DNA of 64,000 nt from Camelus ferus (Eukaryota). Of this stretch, positions 37,881 to 50,245 are shown piece after piece. The stretch's first letter is position 1; each line of letters begins with the position of its first letter. The position numbers and the translations under genes are program-made. The stretch lies in NCBI RefSeq assembly GCF_009834535.1, contig NC_045697.1, forward strand, positions 8,248,001-8,312,000. Direction: 5' to 3'. The notes beneath the pieces were generated by a model. It did not search any database. It saw only the letters and a list, made by a program, of their open reading frames with translations, and had not been told where the DNA came from.

Positions 37881-39275
37881 CTCACTACAACTGGAAACCA
37901 GTAAAAAGGAACACGATTGGGGGAAAGTTCTAACTTCAGTCTTGTTAACCAGTTGAGTGGACGGAGCACCCTCACCCAGACACTGTCCAGCCTCTCAGTG
38001 TCTCAGCAGTGGTTTGAGGGATGCTCACTGCAGACAAGACTCGGGACTAAGGATCAATTAATTGTCTGTGTGGGCCTGCATCCCAGACAGCCATCCAGAA
38101 AGAGGCAAATTCACAAGACAATTTTTTTTTTCCTCTCCTTTCACAAGCCCCTTGGACACAGAATGTCCTCTGTGAACCAGCCAGGAGAAAGAAATCCGGC
38201 TTTACAGTGCATGTAATCTGGAAAGCAAGGGAAGAAACATTTAAGCTGTTATTCAAACAAGTTTCATTCCAATTACTACTTTCCTTTCTGTCAGAATCAA
38301 TTATTCTGGCTTCTGACACGGCCAGCGCTTGCCAAGGTGTTGGGGGGGACTGCCTCCATAGTTTTCTCCTGATGTGTTCTTTTTGGGTTGCTTTCGGGTG
38401 TGGGTCGTTCTGCAGTGTTGTTGTTGACTTTCCCACTGCAGCCAGTGCCCCAGAGTGGCTTTTACGTGGCCATAAAATAAAATGAATGTACACAGGAAAG
38501 GGAGCCTTGCTCCAAGTCAAGGACTGGACAGCTTAGCTTAATATGAGCTCGGTTTCATAAGCAGGGACCTGTTTATTCTCATTGCTTAAAGACCCAGGGA
38601 CTGCTTGCTTTGTGACATCCCCCATGCCAGCACTGGGCCCCAGCCAGACAAGGACTGACAGGCCAGGTCATTTTTGCCTCGTGACCCTAGGGGAAATGCT
38701 AGTCCCCAGACAACTTTGATGGGCTAACTGCAGCAGCACGTTGAGTTAATCACATCACAGTTGGGCTCTGTCGACACCTCCACGACGCTATCAGCTGGGG
38801 CTGTTGAGTCTTCATGACACAGAGAAAAGGGAAGTGAAAAGAGAGGGCTTAAGTATTTCCTAATCCGTGGCTATTAGGTGGGATTCGCCCCGTGTTCACG
38901 CAGTCAGGTCAGACCCCTTTTTGCTTTGTCATCTTGAATTGCCTTGTTATATTTTTTTGCCCTGTCTTCTGAAAGTCAGCCATGAATTTCAAAATGATGG
39001 TCAGCATGCATGTTTTGATGATTAAATTAAAAATTCATTCAGCTGTAGTTTCAACACAGTTCCTAAATCATATATTCTTTCCTATCCATGCCCTAATGGA
39101 CCGCAAGAAATCTAATGTAAAATTCAGTGGGATGCTAGTGGGGAAGATGTGGGAAGGGTCAAGGGAACCTCCACTTTGTTTTTATGTTACAGCCAAATGG
39201 AGTTAATTTCTGTCATCTGTTTATTTCCTGCTTTTTATCATGGCCAAGATTTTTCTCAGAGTGTTTTCACACACT

Positions 39276-40862
39276 TGTCTTACTGAGTTCCAGCTACTAC
39301 AACAAATTATCATAGACTCAGTGTCTTAAGCAACAAACACTTCTCACAGTTTTGGAGGTTAGGAAGCTTAAGATCAAGGTGCTGGCAATTTCGATGTCTG
39401 ACGAGAGCCCTCTTCCTGGCTCACAGTTGGCTGTCTTCAACTAGGTCCATACTCATGACCTCATTACCTCCCAAGGCCCCACTTCCGAATACCTTCACAT
39501 GGAGAATTAGGGCTTTAGCATGTGAATTTTGGAACAACACAGTCATCCTTTTGTCGGCCCCTCAAAATGTGTGTCCTTCTCACCTGCAAAATACATTCAT
39601 TTCATCCTCAAATCCCAAAAGTCTTAACTCATTCTAGCATCAACTCTAAAGAAATCCAAAGTCTCATCTAAACTCTAAATATGTAAATCAGATACGGGTG
39701 AGATTCAAGGTATGATTTATCCTGAGACAAAACTCCTCTCCAGCTGTGGACCTGTGAAACCAAACAAACGATGTGCTTTTAAAATACGGTGATGGGACAG
39801 GCAGAGGGTAGATATTCCCATTCTAACAACGGAGCAATCAGAGAGAAGGAAGGGTTGATGGCTCCCAGGCAAGTCCAAAACCCAGCAAGGCAAACTCTAT
39901 GAGATACTAAGGCTCAAAGAAAAATCCTCCTTGGTTCAGTGCTCTTCCTTCAAGACCCACTGGGCTGGAAGCCCTGCCCTTGCAGCTCAGCCAAGTGTAG
40001 GTCCTGCCTTCATGGCTCCAGGTGACCCTGCCCCAAGGCTTTGGGTACCGGTGGTCTAGCCTGTTGAAACCAAGGAGATGTCATCGCTTTTGAAAATGAG
40101 GAGGTAGCCCTGAGGATCTCTGAACTGCCTCTGGGGTCATTCTTCCCTTGTCCTGAAGAAGAGCTCTGTGGTCTTTCCTATAAAATTCAGGAGGCTCACA
40201 GACTTCTTCCATCCCACCCTGGCTCCACCTCCTTCAGTCACGCTGGCAGTGCTCCTGCCGTGGTGGCTGATTGCACCTCTAGCTCTCGCCCACATCAGTC
40301 TCTTCATCAAATGGTCAGCCCATTGCGTCCTTAGTGTTCTGCTCCAAACATGCCTCCTCATTTTTTTGTAATATGGAAAGGCTGATAATTTTCTAAATCT
40401 TTAAGTTCTGGTTCCTTTTTGCTGAACAATTTCGTCTTCAATTCATTTTCCTCTTCTCAAGTTTTGCTATTAAAAGTCAGGAGAAACCAAGTCACTCCTT
40501 CAACATTTTGTTTAGAAATCTCCTCAGTTAAATGTCCAATTTCATCACCTGAAAGTTTTAGCTTTATTTATTTCTCACAGTTCTGAAGGCTGGGAAGTCC
40601 AAGATCAGGAGGCTAACAGATTCAGCGTCTGCTGGGAGCTCTCACCTGATTTTCAAATGTTCACTCTCTGTATTCTCACATGGTTGAGAGAGAAAGAGAG
40701 AGAGAGATCATCTCTCTTGTGTCTCTTCTTATAAGGGCACTGATCCCATTCATGAGGGCTTCACCCTCATGACCTCCTGCAGTTTCCACCTCTAAATACC
40801 ATTACACTGAGGATTAGGGTTTGCACATATGAATTTGAGGGAAATACGTTCAGTGCCTAGCA
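39276..40862 (-). mobile_element. MLT1A-like MaLR with two LTRs and deleted internal region
   Basis: LTRs at ~39276-39545 and ~40563-40862 share TTCTCACAGTT..GGAAG..AAGATCA and CTCATGACCTC; the sequence between is MaLR-internal (CAAAATACATTCA, AAAAGTCTTAACTCATT). Confidence 0.85.
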
Positions 40863-40934
40863 GAGGAATTTTAAAAGGTTGCTTGATGTCCACAGTTTAG
40901 TTAAGATTTATTATTCTCCAAAGAGTTTTCTTCC

Positions 40935-40998
40935 TGTACGTGCACACACACACACACACATGCGCGCACACACACACACACACTCACTCATATGTGCA

Positions 40999-41032
<34 letters not shown>

Positions 41033-41048
41033 CATATCTACATATACA
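40935..41048. repeat. Compound (CA)n/(CG)n/(TG)n/(TA)n microsatellite
   Basis: Read directly. Confidence 0.95.
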
Positions 41049-42399
41049 TTTTGATTGATTTTAACTAAATGTCATCATTGACATTGTAAGTTATGATGGT
41101 ATTGGCAAACTTGGAAACTGATGGAAAACTGAATATCCCACATCAACATCAAGATTTTACTATATTAAATAAGCTATTTTCTGAAACTCTTTACTTGCCA
41201 GATTTATTTGTACATCCATGTGTTGACTATATCTGAAACCAATACCAGAAATAATGTTTTTAATTCTTCCAAAAGAATATCTGATACTCTCAGTAACTCA
41301 AGGAGGGAAGAAGTGGAGGTCTTTTCTTATCTTTTTTGTACACAAAGGAAGAAAGTCACTTGGAGACAGAGTGATTTGGGGTCTTTTGAAGCAGTGACGT
41401 TGACGGTCTGGTTCACCTCTCACCCCTCCATCAACTACTTAGTGTATAAGAAGTGCTTAATCCTTGCTTAATGAAGGACTACATTTCAATCAACCGGTTA
41501 GTTAATTACAGAAGATACACCATCCCTTACTGTCAGCACTGTCCCTATACTTTTGGTCTCTATACTTAGAATCCTGTGCTAAGTACACATAGGTGAACGC
41601 TGTATAAATACCATCATTTATTAAAGATCCTGAAAATTACAAGATCAGAATCATTACCACCAGGGAAATGAGAATTTTCTTTGATGTTCTTATAATTATC
41701 ATGTGGCTTTAAGTTGTTTATAAGCTTCATACAGGAGGAAGGGAAAGGGGACCCATAACGTATTGCTGTATGCAGCCCGCATGAGTTCTCACCCTGGCTC
41801 TTTCCATGCTCTTTCTTCTTTAGTTCCTGCTTCCTTTACCCTTTGACTTGGAATGTTTCGACTCTTTGCTGCCAAGTCACCTAATCTGGACTCTTGTGAT
41901 GCCTACTAAGAGTAGCTTTCATGGTCTGGAAATTCTCTGTGCAAACACCACCACTAGCTACCTCTGAGATACCCACTGAGAAACCCAGGAGCTGGATGTA
42001 GTCTGGCCCCAAGTAAGAGGCAGACCTCTACCCTAGAGGTGTTTATTTTTCTTTTAATCAATTAGTGAAGCAACACAGACATACAGAAATGCCAAGGGCC
42101 CTCTCCCAAAGCACCAGCAGAGTAAGCTTAGAGAAGCCAAGAGGATCCCCTGGTGAGTCCTGGCAAAGTCTGAGACAGCCCTGGGCTTTCTCAACTCTGA
42201 GCTCAACACTCAACAGCTCACCGCAAGGCCTTCCCAGTGAACTCTGTCCCACTGATATTGGACTTTACAGGAAAAGATAATAATTGGTCTTACTGGCCCC
42301 CACGGCCTGTAAAGGATGGATAAGCATGTGAGCTGCTGTCTACCCAGAGCTGCAAGGACAGTGAGCCCGTGCAACAGACAGACTCAGACTTAGACTCAC

Positions 42400-42780
42400 A
42401 GAATCAAAGGTAGAAGGGACTGAGTCATCTCTACGTTCCCTTTCACAGATGGTTTTCTATCCAATGTTGAAAGACTCCTGTAATGGGGTCTGACCACTTC
42501 ATAAGGCTGCCACTTCACTTCTTCAGTAATTTTCACTGATAGATACATCTACTAAAATATAACCCAAAGTGACCTCACATTGTCCGCTTGCCCAGTGGAG
42601 GCAAAACAGAAGTGAACTTGTCTTTGGTTCTCATAAGCTCTCCTCAGATATTTGAAGATAGGAATCCTACAGCAGGAATCCTTCTCTCTGGGCTGAATCA
42701 CTTCATTCCTCAGCCTCCCCGCTCCATTGCAGTTTTCACCCTCACTGACACTGCTCAACGTGGCCACTAAGGAACTTGCA
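42400..42780 (-). mobile_element. L3/CR1 fragment
   Basis: TCAGATATTTGAAGATAG...TCCTTCTCTCTGGGCTGAATCA is the reverse complement of CR1 3' sequence. Confidence 0.65.
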
Positions 42781-42899
42781 GATAATGAACAGATTTTAGT
42801 TCTTGTGCTACTGACCCGCCCCCTCCGGATGCATTTGAGAGGCCTTCTTGGGACGTCTCTAATGGCACAGGTTCTTCCCAGCTTCCCACTCACCATGGC

Positions 42900-43260
42900 A
42901 TGGTCTCCCTCCTGCACTGGTCTTCCCTGCTTTAGTCACCCTGTAAGTGTTGACATTCTTCTGGGTTCTAGCCTCAACTCTCCTTTCTTCTCACCTTCCG
43001 AACATGCCCTCAATAAATGCACCCACTCCTATGCCTCAACTCTCATCTAAGCATGAATGGTACCCTAAACTTCATTCCCTCTTTGAGCATCACATGACAA
43101 AAAACACCTCACATGGGTCTCAAACTCAGTAAGTGCAAAACTGAAATAATTGCCTTGCTCACAAAAAAAGACTTCCTCCTTTTGTGTGTTGTTGCGCTCC
43201 TCTTCCTGTGCTTCCCAGCTTCACAAGTGGTCCTACAATGTCCCCAGTGGCACAGCGAGA
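42900..43260 (+). mobile_element. L2 fragment
   Basis: TCTCAAACTCAGTAAGTGCAAAACTGAAAT. Confidence 0.55.
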
Positions 43261-44964
43261 ACACCCAGAAGTCTCCCCTGACCTGGGTCATTTACCCACA
43301 GCATTCCAGCAAGTGAAGGCGGCCAAGCAGAATTCGGAGCTGAGACTCTTGGTTCCAAACCAAATGGCTTTTCTTCGTATATTTATTTGCGTATATTTAT
43401 CTTTGTGTGTTTCCTCGGGTAAATATATGCAAATACAACTTTTCAGAGAACATTTATTTTTATGTGTTGAGATTAATTTTGGTGACAGATACAATGTATA
43501 TTTTCATTCAGTTCCATTTCAGCTCATCTTCACGTAGAGCTTTGATGCACAGGGCAATTGGTTGTGAAGTCTATTTCTGTCAAGGAGAGGTGAGGCAACA
43601 AGGCAAAGTTCACGGCTGAGGCCAGGCACACTTTGCGAACAGTTAGCTTAAACAAGGAGAACTTTGACACTTGCAATAAGGGGGACCCTTTTCATGAATC
43701 GCTGCTTTATTGAAACCTTGCCCAGCAGATGCAGTTTAAGTGGAAAGGGAATTTCTGCCGCTGTTTATAGGACTGGAGGGGTCAGGTGTCACCCAGGGCC
43801 TTCTTAAAATGGACTGGAAGAGCCTGCCTCGTCTATGTCAGCCTCCATATTTTCACTTAGGAATGAAATGGCTCTGTTAAGGAAGGCATGGTGCCTTTCA
43901 CAGCCTGCAGGGCCAAGGGGTTGCCATGGATGTGCACTTCAGAGTTTCCACAGCATTTCTAAATATTTGCAGAGAACCACTTCCTACTTCGAGGATGACA
44001 AAAGTCTAACTCGGAGAGTGAACATTTTAGTGCTGGACATTATTTCAGAAGAGTTGCACGTTGTTGAAGTCCAAACTCAAATATGCCTACCACAATATTT
44101 GGGGCTTGGCAAGCTTGCCCGATCTAGGAAAGTCAAAATGAAGGCTGAATCCTCCGTCCGTAGAGCTCTCGGCAAGGTTGAGACAGCACAGTGGGGCTGT
44201 TACATAGGAGGCCGTTCTCTGGGAGCAAGTGGTGAAAATTGGGCATGAAATCCTCTATTCAGGAGAACACAACCTGGTTTTATCCTCAGATGTGCATGAT
44301 TAGGTGAGTGCATTCAGATAGAGTAACATTTCCTCCCCAGTCCAGCCTCTTAACCTTCAGCCGCCTCTCAAATGATTTCATTATTCAGATTTATAAAATT
44401 TAAGTTATTTGCCTCATTTTGCTGCCAAAAGTTTGCAAACCGTTGCTAGGATCTGCTAGATATTCCGAGAACGAATTGTCCAGTGTCTCGTTTTTGCATG
44501 AAATATCAAATATATTCACTCCACAGAAAGGAAATAGTAGCCACCGTTTATTAAATGCTTTCTCTGTGTCATATTCTATGGACTTCTTTGCAGATCTTAT
44601 TTCTTTTCATTTTCATGACTCTTGTGAAGCAGGATTTTTTAAAAATAAACATTATAGTCTGCTATAGTCCAGAAAAGATTCAAGATTAAAAAAAATTTAC
44701 TCTCTGAAGGAGTAATTTAAAACTCAGAGTAGTTAGATACTTTCTCAAGGGCATACTGCTAAGCAGTAGCAGAGCTGAGGGTTTTACTCCAATGGATGCA
44801 ACTCCAAAGGTCGTGCTGTTTCCGCCGCACCATCAACAGGAAGTACCGTCATCAGGAAAGTGACCAGTGGCCACAGCAGAACTGTGGGTGGTGGAGCAGG
44901 GTCTGAACAGAGCAGAAGTGAGAAGCAGCTGCCACATGGGAAAAGCAGACCCAGGAATGAGAAA

Positions 44965-45174
44965 AACCTGCTTTCCACGTTTACACCACAGCGGGAGCAC
45001 TACCGGTATTTTGGGTGGGATAGTTCAAAACGGCAGGACTGTCTCCATATTGCCTTACACTCTCCCCAGACACTTAATGCCAGTGGCATCCCCTGCCTTT
45101 GATACAAACAAAACACCCTGTATTTTCCCACAGGTGCCCTCAGGGGGCAGCACTGCCTGAAGCTGAGAACACTG
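44965..45174 (-). mobile_element. MER20-like hAT-Charlie MITE
   Basis: ATTTTGGGTGGGATAGTTC...AATGCCAGTGGCATCCCC...GCTGAGAACACTG terminus. Confidence 0.6.
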
Positions 45175-46199
45175 CTTAGAGAAACGGGAAATACAATCCT
45201 AATGATTACAGGTATTATTACCCTCACTTTACAGATGAGACAACTCTAAGTTCAAGTTCATACCTTTGGAATGGAAACTATCAGCGAATGATGCTAAATG
45301 TTTTTCTCTTAACCCAGTGGTACCACTTTCTGAATCAGTTTGATGTGTCTCTTCTTCACAAGACCATAATCTCTTTTACCTAAAGTGTTATTTTGTAAAC
45401 ACACACATGAAGCATTTGCTTTCTAGAGTAGACTGTGAATCTTCTACATTCTCCAGAGCATTCTTCTCATGATAGGTACTCAAATAGTCTGCCTAAGTTA
45501 ATTTCCTATTAACTTAGGATTCTAATAAAAGCAAAGTGACCTTTGGTCCATTTCTGTTTGGGCGACTGAACAGAAAAGGCTTCATGAAGTTGGTGGTGAT
45601 CTGGTGAATATTAATTTTATATTCAATATTAGTTTAAGATTTAATTTAATATTTAATTTGAGAGGGGGTGATAGATTGGAAGGAGCATTGCGATGGTGAA
45701 CAAAGCAAAGTCTTTGACATTGGAAAGCACTCAAGAAGTGACTGCACTTAGCTGGACCAAACAGTTGTTTCCAAGTAGGAGAGAACCTTAAGGTTTCTGA
45801 AGAGCCCTTGGGTTACACTGAGAAATTGTGGACCCCTATCTCCAATCGGCTTGGCCCTGCCTTTTTCCAGTTGTGCCCTTGTACCTGCCCTTGTGAATGA
45901 CCGTGTCCCAGCTCCAAAGCCTCCACTATAGCATGTTTCTCATGAGCACCCAAGAAAGCATGAGCTCCCAGTGAACAGCACAAAGACACTAGATCAAAAT
46001 TTAGAATCCAAAATGTGAGATAGATTTTATTAAGGCAGGGAAGGGAATGCCCATGCTTCCTTCAAGACATTTAGTACAAACTACAAACCATATTACCTGT
46101 CATCTGACTTTAACTCAGTCCTTAATTATTACCCAGACTCTGGCCCCAGACTCCTCCATGCGTCCCCTCTCTGACAAAGTCCTTTGTTGTTTTCCTTCT

Positions 46200-46720
46200 G
46201 AGTGGCTGGCAGATATTTGCCCACCACCATCACCCTAAACACATGCTTTGCTCTCTCTGCCCTACTTTTTGCCTGAGAATGAAGCTCCTATGTATGGCAG
46301 CTCCCAGGCTCCCCTGTCCTCTGACTTTCGGTTGGGTACAGCCATTGTGGGGTGGGGGAACAAGCAGTAAGTCGGAGGCTGAGTAGAGAGAGAGAGGTGG
46401 GAGCATTTATTCCCTCCTGCCGCCGCCCTGACTTGCTGATGTGGTTCTGGCAGTGGCTCTATTCCTCCTCCTGGACCACAGTTCCCAAAGGCACTTTTCC
46501 CTCCACCATCTGGCTCTTCAACACTTCCTCCTCCCTTGGCTCCTTCAGACCAAGAGATAATAATGGTTTCCTACCATTCCTAGTCTCTGGGTGCCTTAAC
46601 TTCACTTGTTGGTTCCCTTAACCCTGCCTACACCTTGATAAATGGTTCCTCTTTGTTTAAGTCTCCAAAATTCAACCATCTGTGAAAAATTCACTTTTCC
46701 ATAAGGACTCTGACCAATAT
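46200..46720 (+). mobile_element. LTR33-like ERVL LTR
   Basis: CTCTGACTTTCGGTTGGGTACAGCCATTG, GAGAGAGGTGGGAGCATTTATTCCC, ends GGACTCTGACCAATA. Confidence 0.7.
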
Positions 46721-47879
46721 GTCCTCCCTCCTTTGCCATCTGTCATGCCTTGGAGCTTCCCGTCTGTAATCAGCAAGCTCCCAGCATCACAGGAGGCTCA
46801 TGCCATCTTGCCTAGAAACCTAGCCGACTCTTTTCAAGTCCCCTTTTCCTACAGCTTTTTCAAGTGGAGGATCTTTCACATCACACCTCGTGTGGCTTAG
46901 AAGCGGGACTAACTGTCATCACAGCCCCCAAGCCATTTTCCATCCACGTACACACTGAAAGCAAAGGAACCCACTGAAAGCAAAGGAACCTTTATAGCTT
47001 AAAAGGTCATGCCATCTGGTTTTATCTCCATCTTTACCAATTTGTTGCTGTCATCTGCTGACCTCTATAAATTACGCCTTCTCGTTCATTTAATTCTTTA
47101 GCTGTTAATTCAGCCTTCTTCCACAGATTTACTCTCATCTTTATTCTAAGTGACATCAACATTCACTGACTGACCAAGCAAACATTCACTGGACACCTAC
47201 TGACACTCATATGCTGGTTACTAGGAATGCAGAAACTCCTTCTTTTATACATTAATATGATTACAGAAGAGGGAGTAGATGTAGATTAATTATTCAATCT
47301 TTAGCCCAACCAGTGTCACAGATGACTATGTGAATGGGGCCCCTAAAACTGTGTAAGACAGTGGCCCTATAAACCTCTCCATCCGTCACTTTCCTAACCT
47401 CCAGTGAATTTACTTTCCATTTGACTTTACCTAGTACATTTTCATCATCAGAACCCGCACTGCCATCAAAATCTCAAATTAAAAAATAAAATTCTCTGAT
47501 CTCCATCTTCCATTCTGGGGGTGACTTGCTCTAGTGACCCTTCTACAAATTGTTGAGTTTGATCTCACTGTTTTCTCATGACCCCTTAGCTTTTTCCTGT
47601 CTTCAGGGCCAGTGGGAGAGCCACACATGAGACTCCACATTATATACGAGACTATCAAGGGGTCTAAATGGTCTCAGGTCGCTGAGACTGATGACACAGC
47701 TTCTCCCCTTTGTCCACCAGCACAGGGGTGATAGTGCTTCGCATGTTGTTAGTTTCTAGGACACCCCTGTTCAGTGCTTGGCAACTCCATCACCTATGTA
47801 ACCAAAGCCTTGCAATATTCTTTCTCCATTTAAATTCTTGAAGTTGTTTTTGCATTCTTCTTTGGACCTTGACTAAAAC

Positions 47880-48640
47880 ACAAAAGGCTAATAAGATTGA
47901 AAAGATGTCCAACTTCAATAGTGTTAGGAAGAAGTGAAAATTTAAACAATATACCAACCAACCAAAATAATAAAGAGAAATTAGTTGACATGGCTATAAA
48001 TTAAGAAACTGTACACAATTCTGCTGGGAATGTAAATTGAGAAAACAAATAGAAATTAAAAATAATTTAGCATTATCTTACATTTATGGACATTTGCATA
48101 CTCATCCTAATAATTAGAGAAACTTGCCCTTGAGCAAAAAATGCTTGTCTAAAAATTGACATATTAAAAAAAAGTAATAGCAAAAAAAAAAAGAAAAAAG
48201 AAAGAAAAGAAAAGATCGAATCCCAAATGGCCATCAATAATAGTATGGATGATAAATTATATTTTTTAATTTTTTCTAAGTGGAATATTACATAGCAGAG
48301 AAAATTACTGAAATACAACTTCCCATGGATTAATCTTGGAAATACTGAGTTAAATCTTGAATTAAAAAGTCAAAGAGGAATATATAGAATATACACCATT
48401 TATATAAGGCTTAAAAACAGAAAAATTAAACAATGTATTATTTATGATATATATTTAAGATTATTTTTAAGAGAAAGGATAAATACAGTGATTAATATAG
48501 ACCTGAGTTAGGACAGTGACCCACAGATGAATGCAATGGCATCGCTAATGCACTAGATCTTGAGTTGCATGGTGGATTAATGGGTATTCATTTAATTATT
48601 ATGTTTCATAATTATACACACACATATACACATATGTAGA
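47880..48640 (+). mobile_element. Old L1ME-type ORF2 3' end and 3' UTR
   Basis: TGCTGGGAATGTAAATTG, CCCAAATGGCCATCAATAATAG.TATGGATGATAAATT. Confidence 0.65.
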
Positions 48641-48739
48641 TCTCACATAATTCTCATATATATCAGATCTTTTCCCTTATTTTTATACTGCCAGTTCTCA
48701 GACTGGAAATCAGAAAAACTGGCTCTCTGAAGTTGGTCT

Positions 48740-49330
48740 TTTCTCTACAGAAGACATACAGATGACAAAGCAGAGATAAGATGCTCAATATTGCTAATTG
48801 TTAGAGAAATGCAAATCAAAATTACAATGAGATATCACCTCACACCATCATTAAAAAGTCCACAAATGATAAATGCTAGAGAGGGTATGGAGAAAAAGGA
48901 ACCCTCCTACACTGTTGGTGGGAATGTAAATTGATGCAGCCACTATCAAGGACAGTAAGGAGATCCCCCAAAAAACTAAAACTAGAGTTACCATGTGATC
49001 CAGCAATCCCATTCCTGGGCATATATCCACAGGAAAATATAATTTGAAAGGACACATGTACCCCAATGTTCACAGCAGCACTATTTATAATAGCCAAGAT
49101 GTGGAAACAACACAAATACCCATTGACAGGTGACTGGATAAAGAAGATATGGTACATACACACAATGGAATACCATTCAGCCATAAAAAAGAATAAAATA
49201 ATGCCATTTGCAGCACCATGGATGGACCTAGATTGTCATTCTAAGTGAAGTAAGTCAGAAAGAGAAAGAAAAATACCATATGATATTGCTTATATGTGGA
49301 ATCTTAAAAAAAAGGACACAAATGGACTTA
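48740..49330 (+). mobile_element. L1 ORF2 3' fragment, truncated at both ends
   Basis: [55 protein letters not shown]; colinear with 29230-29830. Confidence 0.95.
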
Positions 49331-49449
49331 CCTGAAGTAGATCTTTTCTATCCCAGGTAGCTCATTATCCTATGAAACTTAAATATTCTAAAGATGCATT
49401 CTTTTTGATCATCCATTATCATTAGCTCATTTTTCAAATTTCATGCCAC

Positions 49450-49640
49450 TGAATGTGAAAGACTGTTATTTCCTAGTAGTTAGTACTTAATTGCTCTATG
49501 CCTCAGTTTCCTCATCTGAAAACTGAGGAGCTGACACTGTACATCTCAGGGGGGCTTTTGAGAGGATGAAATGAGGTAAATTTAAGAAAAGCATTTACCT
49601 GGCATAGAGAAACATTGAAAATATGGTAGCTCTTACTATA
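49450..49640 (+). mobile_element. MIR SINE
   Basis: CTCTATGCCTCAGTTTCCTCATCTGAAAA...GAGGATGAAATGAG. Confidence 0.85.
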
Positions 49641-50024
49641 CTAGCAATATAAATAATGATGTTCTTATACAAAAACTAACTCAGAAAGCACAGTATGGAG
49701 ATTGTCATGTACACTGTGGAAATGGCAGAGCTTCTTCTGAGAGGGCCCCATCACATGAGAAGGAGCACTGGCTTACAAGGTCACAGGGCTGACGTCTCAG
49801 ATAAGCTACCCAAAAGGCATCAGCAAAACTTTTCATTGCATGATCATGATCTTTGACAAAGAATGTCCAAAATGTAAGCAAAGAAGCCAGAAGGAAACAG
49901 TTTTGTGGTCATAATTAAAGCTTAAACAGAAACAAATTATATATCACTAATGAGGTTCCATCTCTACTTCCAAAAACCTGGACATTAGCTTTGCCTCACT
50001 GTATCTTCACTTCCTCCAAGTCTG

Positions 50025-50245
50025 TATAACAGTTTAAAAGACTGGGCTGTGCCATCAAACTGCCAGAGAGTGTGTCATGGATCCACTGCCAACCAATTGC
50101 ATGACTTGACTAAGTCTCAGTTTTCTTTCTTAAAAATAAGTATAGTGGCACAAAGAGCCGCTGAGATCACATCATGTGATGTTTATAAAAGGCTTCGCCC
50201 AATAGCAGACATTTAAAAAGCTCAGCACATGTTTTGGCTGTCACC
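50025..50245 (+). mobile_element. MIR SINE
   Basis: GTTTAAAAGACTGGGCTGTG...AGTCTCAGTTTTCTTTCTTAAAAAT. Confidence 0.65.

Noticed and set aside
38047..38520. 157-aa minus-strand ORF
   Set aside because: No homology recognised, crosses a poly-T run, non-ATG start.
28550..41535. Identical 16-mer CCATCCCTTACTGTCA at 28550 and 41520
   Set aside because: Roughly one such match is expected by chance in 64 kb, and the flanks do not extend.
43835..44248. 137-aa ATG-initiated ORF in unique sequence
   Set aside because: No known motif or supporting gene structure; a BLASTP or PhyloCSF test would be needed.
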